DNA of 64,000 nucleotides, taken from assembly GCA_964187785.1 (NCBI GenBank), contig OZ076409.1:41480001-41544000 (forward strand), written 5' to 3'. This stretch comes from Amphiscolops sp. MND2022 (Eukaryota). Below are positions 38,801-50,620 of this stretch, piece after piece. Positions within the stretch are counted from its first letter, which is position 1. Each line of letters opens with the position of its first letter. A program made the position numbers and the translations under genes. The notes below the pieces were generated by a model. The model worked only from the letters and a program-made list of their open reading frames with translations, was not told the origin of the DNA and searched no databases.

Positions 38801-40543
38801 ACCCTTCCGTTAGCTACGCCTCTAGGCTACAGGTTGACTTTACATTAGAATGTTTGCTTTTTTGTACCATTCTCAAAATAAAGGTCTTGCTAAGAATGAA
38901 CTTTTAAAGAGTGAGGATCTTGTAACCATTCATTTCTCAACCAGGGAACCCTCTATATCAAAAGTGGCGTTGAAATGCAAACCCGAAACAAAACCATAAT
39001 TAACTTTTTCCACCCTCTGACAATCGAAGGTTTTGAGTTTTCGAAAGTTCTCATTTTGCTAGATAACAAAAAAAGTTTCTTGCAATTTGACGACAGTCAT
39101 TTCTTCACTGCCTGCACTAGAGCTTGTCTGAAGCTGTTAGTCGTTACCAATGAATGCAACGAGCATGACAAAGAGTGGCAAGATTTTGCAAGAAGTAACG
39201 TGGACAAAATTCTATCCGAAATTTCACCTGGTGTAGAAAATCCTTATGTGTTGTTAGTGGGACGAATTGAGCATTTGCTTGAACGTTTGAAATGCTACAA
39301 AACGGCCCAAGAACATAAATACACCGAATTTCAATCAACTCTTTATGAATATGAAAGAGATGGACGTAAATTTTTACAATCTGATTTTGTCTATCTGGAA
39401 CGCGAATTGAAGGAGATGTTAAAATTGGGGGTAAAGGGAATAGTCTTTGCGACTGACAACGCCTGTACCAACAAATGGCAGTACTACTTCACGACTCTGA
39501 GCTACTGGTTCTGTTATGACTTCAACCGTCGGAATGCAAACTGTTTTGAGTTGGAGGATTTGATGCAGAGTGCTGACGAATTAAACTTCAGGATGAATTT
39601 CCGGAAAGCTTTTCTTCATCGACTTTCAGGCCAAATTGATGTCGAGTTTCCTCGTTTCTGGCTCAAGTTGGAGAAGAATTCTTTGTCTTCTGCATTGATT
39701 GGTTGGGAAGAGTGGGTAGCGATAGCGGAAAAGTGTCAAGAACGAGATTATATTACACAAACAATTTTCATTTACGAGTGTGGAATGGAAACTTTACGCC
39801 AGCAAATCACGTCCGACGGATCAGAAAACTTTCTTCAGAAGAAACTTGCTGATTTATCACTTTTCGTTGCCAATGCTTACATCGACAGTTTGAGTATCAT
39901 CGTTGAAGAAAGCAAATGTTCGTACTGGGTCCCAACCACCTCATATGAAGTATGCTTGCTAAAAGCTTTCAGACATGCTGCCAATGCACTCAAATGGCAT
40001 GCGTCAAATCTCTATTTGAAGTTTAAGTCACTCGAACGAATTTTTCAAGAAATGGAAAAGTACCCAAAAACACAATTGTTTAAGACAGAGGTGGAACAAA
40101 TGAACAAAGACGACATTTCAGGAATGATTTTCGAAACCAGACTGAGACATGAATTGCCTCAAAATCAGTTACTCTTATTTCCTGAGTTCGAGGAATGCCT
40201 TTGCGAGCTAGAAACTCTTATCTGTAACTACGAAAAAAGAAGTTTCGGTAGCACCGACCCATACTCCATGAGAAAAACCATTTCAGCATTGGCCGGAGAA
40301 TTAGCGGGAAAAGGTCGTGTATTAGAAGTTGAGCAAAGTGATGATGCGTTTCAAGCGGCAATAAGCAAGATGATGGTGCAACTTGATTATCCTGTACAAC
40401 TAGCTATGATAGCACTTCATTGGGATCACAAACTAGAAGACAATTTGAAACTTCTATCCGATGCCCTGATCAGTCTAAAACAGAGTTTCGAATTGGTCAA
40501 GAGCGAAAAACGGTATCACCCAATGGATCCAATGAATCGATAA
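23674..40543 (+). CDS. Spliced host gene: NERD-like nuclease domain + SF1 (UvrD/Schlafen-group-like) helicase + helical C-terminal domain, ~1,110-1,160 aa
   Basis: Phase-compatible exons 24373-24613, 25241-26011, 26400-26639, 35933-36414 and 38945-40543 total 3333 nt with no internal stop. A probable first exon starts at 23674, but its splice to exon 2 is unresolved. Motifs occur in the expected order. Confidence 0.8.
24373..24613 (+). CDS. Exon: N-terminal part of the NERD domain
   Basis: ACAG acceptor, KGEEAEQQLYRLF (NERD G-x-x-x-E helix), donor G|GTTGAA. Confidence 0.7.
25241..26011 (+). CDS. Exon: NERD core and helicase Q-motif region
   Basis: EIDMALIHPTKGVFVFNVK and ILWSADQ; phase-1 acceptor GACAG|GA. 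Confidence 0.82.
26400..26639 (+). CDS. Exon: Walker A
   Basis: GGKGTGKTMLL; acceptor CTGCAG, donor T|GTTAGT. Confidence 0.82.
28502..29610 (-). mobile_element. Decayed solo LTR of the ORF-containing family (intronic)
   Basis: Begins TGTAAGA and ends CCAAACA on the minus strand. Colinear with 1-1357, including a broken MPSTRRQKAKARKSRE ORF from 28936. No clean TSD. Confidence 0.78.
31335..31818. repeat. Dispersed ~0.5-kb TGACGT-rich repeat, copy 1 (left edge approximate)
   Basis: Aligns with 34128-34648, e.g. TCTTATACAGTAATATTATGTTG and GTTCAAAGCGATAACAG(T/C)CGGGAGCTGGCTGTGA. Confidence 0.8.
34128..34648. repeat. Dispersed ~0.5-kb TGACGT-rich repeat, copy 2
   Basis: Direct, diverged copy of 31335-31818; ends sharply at GGCTGTGACA. 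Confidence 0.8.
35933..36414 (+). CDS. Exon: Walker B and central helicase motifs
   Basis: MILCDEA and FLRTCLRST; T-rich acceptor ATAG|CT (phase 1), donor CTG|GTTGAG (phase 0). Confidence 0.82.
38527..38740 (+). mobile_element. tRNA-derived SINE (3' end approximate)
   Basis: Pol III A box TAGCACAGTTGG and B box GGTTCAAATCC at tRNA spacing, poor acceptor stem, followed by an unrelated body. Confidence 0.65.
38945..40543 (+). CDS. Last exon: SF1 motifs V/VI and ~470-aa helical C-terminal domain
   Basis: LTIEGFEFSKVLIL and FFTACTRACLKLLVV; long stop-free frame; CCAG|GGA phase-0 acceptor. Confidence 0.87.
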   Translation, partial: GTLYIKSGVEMQTRNKTIINFFHPLTIEGFEFSKVLILLDNKKSFLQFDDSHFFTACTRACLKLLVVTNECNEHDKEWQDFARSNVDKILSEISPGVENPYVLLVGRIEHLLERLKCYKTAQEHKYTEFQSTLYEYERDGRKFLQSDFVYLERELKEMLKLGVKGIVFATDNACTNKWQYYFTTLSYWFCYDFNRRNANCFELEDLMQSADELNFRMNFRKAFLHRLSGQIDVEFPRFWLKLEKNSLSSALIGWEEWVAIAEKCQERDYITQTIFIYECGMETLRQQITSDGSENFLQKKLADLSLFVANAYIDSLSIIVEESKCSYWVPTTSYEVCLLKAFRHAANALKWHASNLYLKFKSLERIFQEMEKYPKTQLFKTEVEQMNKDDISGMIFETRLRHELPQNQLLLFPEFEECLCELETLICNYEKRSFGSTDPYSMRKTISALAGELAGKGRVLEVEQSDDAFQAAISKMMVQLDYPVQLAMIALHWDHKLEDNLKLLSDALISLKQSFELVKSEKRYHPMDPMNR

Positions 40544-41532
40544 CTCAATGAAAACACTCAGCATTAAAAAATAGTCAACTTTTTGTTTTCGTTGTTTTTA
40601 TCATTTGATAGCTTTTTGGTAGGAAGAATGACTTTCGGCTAATCGGAATTTACAGGAAAGTCTGTTTTCAATCGAATGATGCTGTTTTCTGGCTCAATTT
40701 CCGGAAAATTCATCTTCCAATAATGAGCCAGAATTCCAGAGGCGAAAAGAACATATTAGTACCGTCCGGAAAATCAACGGAATCATCTTGGAAATATTAA
40801 GAAAAAGCATTCTTTGAAGCATAGATAGCAAAATTAGCTACTGATGGTAAAATACTTCATCTCAACTTTTTATTCCCTTGAAACACTTTAACCAAAGCGA
40901 AAACAACTATTCAAAAAATAATGCAACAAAACATCAAAATAAAAGCGGGCCATTTCTAGCTATTTTACTCCGGACGAATTTTTTCCTACTTATAAGCATT
41001 AGATTTATATACGTTCAGTTATGCTTCATTTGGGTTCTTGTTTGTAAATCATTTGTATATACTATGAGTTTCAAAATTATATTTGACCTAACTAGGTATT
41101 TATCAGCTGATAAACGAGAATCATTTCTTGATAGTTTTTCATCATTGCAATCGAAAGCTTACATGAAGGGTATACGAAGAGATGTCGATCTGAGAACTAT
41201 ACTACAATGGAATAGTAACTACCACTTGGAATTTGCAAATGATTAAATATCTATCAGGTCCGATGATCAGAAGTGTCGTTTATGACAAAGACCAATTGTC
41301 GAACAGAGCAGCAAAAACCCCAAAAGTGTAATCCTTCAACCTTTTACCATGGCAATAATCGTCTACACCGCAGGGGAATCTGCAAATGCAGAACAAACTG
41401 AAACCATTGATTGAAACAAGAGAAGCTTCCGTTCTTCAACTTTCTTTAAATCAGAAACTGTATTCATTCACAATTACGTTAGAGAAAAATTTGAAACCGG
41501 TTAAGTAAACGATGTTATCGTCTTTTTTGAGG

Positions 41533-42010
41533 AAACAAGCCGGGAACGGCCCAAGTCGGCGCCATATCCAAGGCTCAAAAATAGCAAAAGGACTTCACAA
41601 TTTCCAAGTATTGGTGAATTGGGACTACTTTTATGAATTTTTTTTTTGAAAAAAAGTCTCACAATGCCGAAAAAACTGAAATGGAGGACCCTTTGAGTTT
41701 TTTCAACATCCATTCTGTTGCAAAACTCCAAAAAAATTTAAAAGGGCCCTTTCGTGGGGAAAAAGTTTTTCTGAAAAAAGTCGCACAGTGCCGAAAAAAT
41801 GGACCCTTTGGTCTCATCCGGTATCGTATGTTACGCGGGAAACCTTTTTGGTTCAGTTCCTTGGGCCAATGGGTAAATTTTGGCGTCTTCTGAAAATTTT
41901 GTAGAACTTTTGGTAGAACTATTTTGGTCAGTTCAGGTGGTCTTTAAAAAACACTGACGAAAAGCCATGACTATAGTCGTCTCTTTTCTAAAGAAAAGCG
42001 CCGACTAAAA
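41533..42010 (-). mobile_element. Helentron-associated (HINE/DINE-1-like) non-autonomous element
   Basis: Subterminal inverted repeats AGTCGGCGC (41554-41562) and GCGCCGACT (41998-42006). Palindromic inner repeat at 41975-42006. Terminal hairpin GCCG-GGAA-CGGC (41539-41550). T-rich ends on the minus strand. Confidence 0.65.
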
Positions 42011-45000
42011 ACGCGAAACAAAAAGTTTTAGCAAGAACACTCAAATGAGGTAGCCACAAGCACGAGAAAAAAGATCTCGCGTATTCTCTAAGAGATTTAA
42101 TAACCCTCACTCTTGAGTATTTTGAAGCGGTGAACTAGTTTTACTTCAAAATGGGCAACTGGTTCTGATTTTACACCTTTTCTTGATGGCTTGTACAAAC
42201 GGTTTCCGAATTTGGGACTCAATAAGTCTGTTTATCACAGTTTGATGAAGTTCTGGCAGACTGTTACAAAAGAACGTAGTAAAGACGAATAAAATTTCAC
42301 TAATCAGCAACTGTCAATTCTGAGATCTATTATTTAGTGTTGATTGACGTCATCAAGTTCCCATTAAACAGTGAATTTTCAAAAGATGTCTGCGAGCGGC
42401 AAAAATCTGTACTGTTGGCGTCGGTCAATTGCCAGACAGAACAATCGATAACGAGCACATTGGAAGAAAAAATAACTGAAAACTCTTACAAAGATATTGA
42501 CATTTAATGCGGAACTCAGCCGTCGCGAAAGTTGAAGTTGAACACCCCAACTAAATTGATGAGTTCTTCACAGAACTAGATAAAAACTTGCAAACGTATG
42601 AAAGCACCCATTTAGACCCCATAGCCAAAGTTCCAGATCATCCTTCTATTATAACCCAAATTACCTCTCACATGTGTGTTTTTCAAGATGAATAAATGAC
42701 AATGTAACCATTGTGATTTTTCTCAACGATCTCGAAATGTCATTCCTGCTCTATTGGCAAGCAATTTTACAGTATCTAAAACCAACTGCTGAGTCAACAT
42801 GACACGCATTTTAAGTCAGCGTTCCATGAACCGAAACGCGACAATAAAGTTAATTATTCATCAATCTACAGGTACTGACCAATTTAGTTCCACCAAGTTC
42901 TAGAAATTTTGAAAAAAGGCCAATGTTTACTAATTGGCCCAGGAAACGGAACTATAACAGTTGTTAATTTTTTAAAGTAATATCCAGAATGATTTGGTTT
43001 TGTTCGACACTGTGAGATTTTTTTGGAAAGATTTAAATGTCCCTTCAGTTGTTTTGATGTTTTGCACCAGAATGGATCTCAAAAAAAATCCATAGGGTCC
43101 TCCCTTTTAGCGTGCCAGTTCGGTTCCCCTTTGGGTTTTTTGGGTACTGTGGAAGATAATACCGGACAATTTGAAATCCTTCGGCTATTTTTGAGCCTTC
43201 GGCAGGGTGACGAAAGTTCCACAAGGAAAAAACAGTTGCTTTACAATCGAACTCCAAGAGCATAAAACAATTTCCAAGTATTGGTGAATTGGGACTACTT
43301 TTATGAAATTTTTTTTTGAAAAAAAAGTCTCACAATGCCGAAAAAACTGAAATGGAGGACCCTTTGAGTTTTTTCAACATCCATTCTGTTGCAAAACTCC
43401 AAAAAAATTTAAGGGGGGCCTTTCGTGGGGAAAAAGTTTTTCTGAAAAAAGTCGCACAGTGCCGAAAAAATGGACCCTTTGGTCTCATCCGGTATCGTAT
43501 GTTACGCGGGAAACCTTTTTGGTTCAGTTCCTTGGGCCAATGGGTAAATTTTGGCGTCTTCTGAAAATTTTGTAGAACTTTTGGTAGAACTATTTTGGTC
43601 AGTTCAGGTGGTCTTTAAAAAACACTGACGAAAAGCCATGACTATAGTCGTCTCTTTTCTAAAGAAAAGCGCCGACTAAAAACGCGAAACAAAAAGTTTT
43701 AGCAAGAACACTCAAATGAGGTAGCCACAAGCACGAGAAAAAAGATCTCGCGTATTCTCTAAGAGATTTAATAACCCTCACTCTTGAGTATTTTGAAGCG
43801 GTGAACTAGTTTCACTTCAAAATGGGCAACTGGTTCTGATTTTACACCTTTTCTTGATGGCTTGTACAAACGGTTTCCGAATTTGGGACTCAATAAGTCT
43901 GTTTATCACAGTTTGATGAAGTTCTGGCAGACTGTTACAAAAGAAAGTAGTAAAGACGAATAAACTTTCACTAATCAGCAACTGTCAATTCTGAGATCTA
44001 TTATTTAGTGTTGATTGACGTCATCAAGTTCCCATTAAACAGTGAATTTTCAAAAGATGTCTGCGAGCGGCAAAAATCTGTACTGTTGGCGTCGGTCAAT
44101 TGCCAGACAGAACAATCGATAACGAGCACATTGGAAGAAAAAATAACTGAAAACTCTTACAAAGATATTGACATTTAATGCGGAACTCAGCCGTCGCGAA
44201 AGTTGAAGTTGAACACCCCAACTAAATTGATGAGTTCTTCACAGAACTAGATAAAAACTTGCAAACGTATGAAAGCACCCATTTAGACCCCATAGCCAAA
44301 GTTCCAGATCATCCTTCTATTATAACCCAAATTACCTCTCACATGTGTGTTTTTCAAGATGAATAAATGACAATGTAACCATTGTGATTTTTCTCAACGA
44401 TCTCGAAATGTCATTCCTGCTCTATTGGCAAGCAATTTTACAGTATCTAAAACCAACTGCTGAGTCAACATGACACGCATTTCAAGTCAGCGTTCCATGA
44501 ACCGAAACGCGACAATAAAGTTAATTATTCATCAATCTAGGTACTGACCAATTTAGTTCCACCAAGTTCTAGAAATTTTGAAAAAAGGCCAATGTTTACT
44601 ATTTGGCCCAGGAAACGGAACTATAACAGTTGTTAATTTTTTAAAGTAATGTCCAGAATGATTTGGTTTTGTTCGACACTGTGAGATTTTTTTGGAAAGA
44701 TTTAAATGTCCCTTCAGTTGTTTTGATGTTTTGCACCAGAATGGATCTCAAAAAAAATCCATAGGGTCCTCCCTTTTAGCGTGCCAGTTCGGTTCCCCTT
44801 TGGGTTTTTTGGGTACTGTGGAAGATAATACCGGACAATTTGAAATCCTTCGGCTATTTTTGAGCCTTCGGCAGGGTGACGAAAGTTCCACAAGGAAAAA
44901 ACAGTTGCTTTACAATCGAACTCCAAGAGCATAAAACAATTTCCAAGTATTGGTGAATTGGGACTACTTTTATGAAATTTTTTTTGAAAAAAAAGTCTCA

Positions 45001-46609
45001 CAATGCCGAAAAAACTGAAATGGAGGACCCTTTGAGTTTTTTCAACATCCATTCTGTTGCAAAACTCCAAAAAAATTTAAGGGGGGCCTTTCGTGGGGAA
45101 AAAGTTTTTCTGAAAAAAGTCGCACAGTGCCGAAAAAATGGACCCTTTGGTCTCATCCGGTATCGTATGTTACGCGGGAAACCTTTTTGGTTCAGTTCCG
45201 TGGGCCAATGGGTAAATTTTGGCGTCTTCTGAAAATTTTGTAGAACTTTTGGTAGAACTATTTTGGTCAGTTCAGGTGGTCTTTAAAAAACACTGACGAA
45301 AAGCCATGACTATAGTCGTCTCTTTTCTAAAGAAAAGCGCCGACTAAAAACGCGAAACAAAAAGTTTTAGCAAGAACACTCAAATGAGGTAGCCACAAGC
45401 ACGAGAAAAAAGATCTCGCGTATTCTCTAAGAGATTTAATAACCCTCACTCTTGAGTATTTTGAAGCGGTGAACTAGTTTTACTTCAAAATGGGCAACTG
45501 GTTCTGATTTTACACCTTTTCTTGATGGCTTGTACAAACGGTTTCCGAATTTGGGACTCAATAAGTCTGTTTATCACAGTTTGATGAAGTTCTGGCAGAC
45601 TGTTACAAAAGAACGTAGTAAAGACGAATAAAATTTCACTAATCAGCAACTGTCAATTCTGAGATCTATTATTTAGTGTTGATTGACGTCATCAAGTTCC
45701 CATTAAACAGTGAATTTTCAAAAGATGTCTGCGAGCGGCAAAAATCTGTACTGTTGGCGTCGGTCAATTGCCAGACAGAACAATCGATAACGAGCACATT
45801 GGAAGAAAAAATAACTGAAAACTCTTACAAAGATATTGACATTTAATGCGGAACTCAGCCGTCGCGAAAGTTGAAGTTGAACACCCCAACTAAATTGATG
45901 AGTTCTTCACAGAACTAGATAAAAACTTGCAAACGTATGAAAGCACCCATTTAGACCCCATAGCCAAAGTTCCAGATCATCCTTCTATTATAACCCAAAT
46001 TACCTCTCACATGTGTGTTTTTCAAGATGAATAAATGACAATGTAACCATTGTGATTTTTCTCAACGATCTCGAAATGTCATTCCTGCTCTATTGGCAAG
46101 CAATTTTACAGTATCTAAAACCAACTGCTGAGTCAACATGACACGCATTTTAAGTCAGCGTTCCAAGAACCGAAACGCGACAATAAAGTTAATTATTCAT
46201 CAATCTACAGGTACTGACCAATTTAGTTCCACCAAGTTCTAGAAATTTTGAAAAAAGGCCAATGTTTACTATTTGGCCCAGGAAACGGAACTATAACAGT
46301 TGTTAATTTTTTAAAGTAATGTCCAGAATGATTTGGTTTTGTTCGACACTGTGAGATTTTTTTGGAAAGATTTAAATGTCCCTTCAGTTGTTTTGATGTT
46401 TTGCACCAGAATGGATCTCAAAAAAAATCCATAGGGTCCTCCCTTTTAGCGTGCCAGTTCGGTTCCCCTTTGGGTTTTTTGGGTACTGTGGAAGATAATA
46501 CCGGACAATTTGAAATCCTTCGGCTATTTTTGAGCCTTCGGCAGGGTGACGAAAGTTCCACAAGGAAAAAACAGTTGCTTTACAATCGAACTCCAAGAGC
46601 ATAAAACAA
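41597..46609. repeat. Three near-identical tandem copies of a ~1,670-bp unit
   Basis: Units start at 41597, 43267 and 44936. ACAA is shared at all junctions. Few substitutions or indels between copies. Confidence 0.97.
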
Positions 46610-47334
46610 GAAAAATCTAAAACTTTATACTTTCCTTTATGAGTCCGTTTTATGCGTTAGTCAACGGATGCACTATGGAGATCTATACCAATGAAACGAT
46701 TCCCAATGGAACCCGTAGGCCTGGCAGTGCTAAAAATGAGTCTTGGAAACCTTTGACTTTTTCTCATTTGCAATTTTTTCATTGTTCTCTTTTGCTTTCT
46801 TCTCATTTCGAATGATTTGCTTCTCCACTTCGTAGAAAATTTGGAAAATGTGTTCCTAACTTGAGAAAAATGTACTTCGCAACGCTAGAGCGGAACATTC
46901 AAGCTTTTTCCAGATCAACAACTACTCTTTTCGAGTATCGCATTTTTTTATGTAGTTCTTCACAATTCATGTTTTGAAATGTTTCCAGGTACATGCGACA
47001 ACTTCAGCATCGTCCCCTGTAGTGCTGGAACTGCTCAGATCTCGAAGACTGCCATCAGAACTCATTCTTTGTTTAATGGATAATATATCTCCAGCTTTCG
47101 AAGTTTTGCAAATTGTGTTGCTGTCCGTGGAAGAAACAAACTCCATTTGACAAACTTTCGCATGATTTTCCAATTTTCTTTGGTGCTGCAACTACAATAC
47201 TTACTGTTATAATATTTGAAAATCGAAACAATTAAATTTTGGTTATTCCAGTTTTCGAAAATATTCAATATAAAATCTCAAATGGCTCAAAAACACACGT
47301 AGAACGTATTAAGCTTTGCAAGTTACAACGAAAA

Positions 47335-47601
47335 TCTTGGAATGCTTTGCAAAATGCATGAAAAAATCCTGGTTGGATTGGCAAGATGGATAGAAAAATC
47401 TTGGTATGCTTGGCAAGACACATGGAAAAGCTTGGTAAGATACATGGAAAATCTTGGTACGCTTGGTAAGACGCATGGTCAGCCTTGCCATGATCTTGCA
47501 TGATCATGGTAGCCTTGGTAAGATCTTGGCAAGATCTTGCCAAGATCTTGGCAAGCATACCCATGCATCTTGGCAAGCGTGCCAAGATTCGTGTCACTGG
47601 G
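47335..47601. repeat. Degenerate CTTGGCAAGAT-type short repeat array, likely one arm of a MITE
   Basis: Many CTTGG(C/T)AAGA and CTTGCCAAG motifs ending in GTGTCACTGGG. Confidence 0.6.
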
Positions 47602-47819
47602 CTACCCTATAAAGCAAAGTATCAACTAGTATCCCAACAAAAGCTACTTAGCAAAGCCGACTTTCAGAAACACCCAAACCAATGAAGTCTCGGCTCAGAA
47701 TCGGACTAATTTTTAGATACCAGCATGCCCTAACAAATTACGCCGTTTTATTGAGAGCTGCGTGAATTGTAGGCGCTTCACGTCGACGTCTACTATACAA
47801 TAGATAGGAAAACTTCCAG

Positions 47820-48293
47820 AGTCATGGAGTTATATTCCTGCTAAAGGAACTAAAGACGATGGAATAGCTTTTGGAGGACTTTTTACACAACAGGAATCAA
47901 ATTTCGGTATACATTCAACCCGCAAATACTTGTCTCTGCTGTCATGGGAAGCAAACTTCATCGATTTCTACAGAGAAACATCAACGTTGTCAAAAAATGG
48001 TGCAGTAATGGAGAATTCACATGAACGGATCCAAAACTGAAATAATGTCCAAAAACTCCGATAGAGGGAAGACTCTCACCTCAAATCTCGGACATGATGC
48101 ATGCAAAGTTGAAAACAAAAGCAAAGTTCTCGGCTTGTTTGTTGATAATGCTTGTTTATTCGAGGATCACACGGAAATGGTAGTAGCCCGTTCTAAGGAC
48201 CAATGGAGAGTGCTTAGACATCACTGTAGTGACATATGGGGTCTGTACCGAAACACACTAACAGTTTTACACAAAACACGGGTTCCACAGTAG
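47820..48293 (+). pseudogene. LINE reverse-transcriptase C-terminal relic
   Basis: KKWCS...MNGSKTEIM and KSKVLGLFVDNACLFEDH match the RT thumb pattern W..W...N..KT...K.LG+.+D....F..H. Confidence 0.65.
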
Positions 48294-50620
48294 GTGGGCA
48301 GAATGCTTGCGTAAATGTCATTAGAGCGGACACATTGTAAGCGGTCCGAGAGATTTGAGGCTAGTAACATTGCGATATTTCGGTCGAAACTAAAAGACGG
48401 AGGCTATTTGATGAAAAGACAATGCGGGTCGCTGTCGAACGCTTTAGCAAAAACAAATAATAGAAGAAAAATGGGTGTTATTAAAAACAATCTTACGGGG
48501 CATACTGAAACAGTTGGGTTGCTGTATTGCGCATTGTCATAAAACCGAATTGTGTTTTAACGATTTTAACTCTCACACCAGGATAAAATGTTAAAAAGAA
48601 TTTTCTCTAGATTTATTGGAATGCGCGGTGAAACTCTGATTGACCGGCGGTTAGTAAATCAAGAAACAGATCCAGACTTACGCAAAGGGGTGACAAGCAT
48701 TTTCCATTCAGAAGGCCAGCTACAAGATTGAATAATTGAGAGAAACAAATACTACTTATAACTAAACAATGATTTATATCTTTCAAAGGAAGATAATTTC
48801 TTCACAGATATTGAGGCAAGCTACATAGGTAGCTTTCTCATTTTTATCCAACTCTCTCTGTAAGGATTTATCACAAATTGCTAAGTGGATATCAAGAAAG
48901 AGAGGAAATATGGATACAATTAACGGTTGCTACGTTTGCTAGAGGACGAGTTTTGGACGACTTCTCAAAAAAACTAATAGTACCATATCTCGACAACGTT
49001 GATCGGAAACGTCAAACAGTTGGAAACTAAGTTATAAGATGGACTGAAATTTTCGTTGAAAACTGTCAGAAGTGAAGAGGATCGATTGTATTGTTTGACA
49101 GTTGGAAGATATATTAGCATTTGATCCTTTTAGTGTTTTCCACTTTGTACCAAGAAAATTGAAATCACTGATCCTGTGCACGTTGCCAGAAAAATTTTGT
49201 AAACCATAATCATGCACTGAGCTTGGAACTCGCATATGTATGCCTGGAGTCATCTCACTTTAGTGAGTAGGCATCTTTGTATGGCGAACGTGTTTTGAGG
49301 GTTGTAGATTAATACATGCAAGAAAATACAAGAACTGCGATAAGTCACTGAACAGCCGTTGCTAAATTTGCAGAATTTTTATATTGAGTAATTAGTAATT
49401 TTCCCTACAAAATTTGTGTTGAAAACAACAAGTAGTCCACCATGTTCCTCTTTGTTGCGATCAGTACGGTCAATCTTTTTTAAATGGGAACTTTGCATAC
49501 TAGTTTATAGGAAGAGTTAGCACAGGAAAAACATTGATATAATGGGCACAATCAGACTCATTAGTGTTTGCTGTTTCGAGGAATTTTTCACAGTCTGAAA
49601 ATATATGAAAGCAACATTTAGGAGGGGGGTCATTCTTCAGTAATTTAAACTTCTTTTCCTTCGTCACAAAGCCTCAAACTGTTGACTTTGAAGTACTGTT
49701 TGTCTGCGTTCTCTTCATGGATCATGGAATACCGTTTGCATAGAACTTTTTTCTTCTAAAAACCGCTTAGCTGAAAGGAGAAGTTTTTTCAAAAACGCAG
49801 GATGTTCGAATTGTTGGAGATTTTTACACTTAAAGAAGCATCTTTGCAAAAACGAACCACGGTCATTTTCAAATGTTATTAGTGAAGGTTTTTGCGTGGA
49901 CGAGTTGGTATCCGGCGTCTCGTTCTTCCTTTTCCTAGTCGACGAAATGATTTGACATGCTCTCTGCTTTTTCTCAGAAGAAATAATACCACGACTCATA
50001 TGGCTATAGTCAGAATCATGGAGTTCAGATAAGCAAACAATACTTTAGTGTACACCTTTGATTTAAAAAATTGGACACTGGAGGATACAATTTTTGGGGC
50101 CGATCACTATTTCAAAATGTCAAATTTAGGGATACTATTCACGATTTTGAGATAATTTCTGCCTACTTTTCCTCAAGACCTTTTTCCACAAGAGCTTCTA
50201 TTTGAAAATTGTCAGTAGAAGAATCAACCAAAAGTTTGTTTCAAAACAACTTCTCGGGGGGATTTTATATAGGATGTTATGTTTTCATTTAGTAATGAAA
50301 TGTACTCAGTTTGTTGTATTATTGGAGAATTGTTTTCAAGACGAGCAGCAGTTCATTCTGGAGCCTAGCCGTTTGACTTCATCATTGGAGAGTGAGACAC
50401 ATTGACCATGAAACCGTTTCACAAAGCCATGGTATCCTTACCCTGTGTGGTGGTCGTCCTTCACCACTTTTGTAAGAACTATTTGCGACGGCAGTTCTGG
50501 AGTTAATTCCTTATATTGAGTTTTGAGCACTCATGTCGCAAAATGAAACTGCTATGTTTAATATAATATATTTTGCTCTGTGTACTACTTTTTTGAAAAT
50601 ATGTAACAAAACTCACGTGA

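Noticed and set aside
41501..46604. Repeated 72-118-aa ORFs as a gene cluster
   Set aside because: They fall in HINE-like non-coding repeats, vary with homopolymer indels, and recur only because of the triplication.
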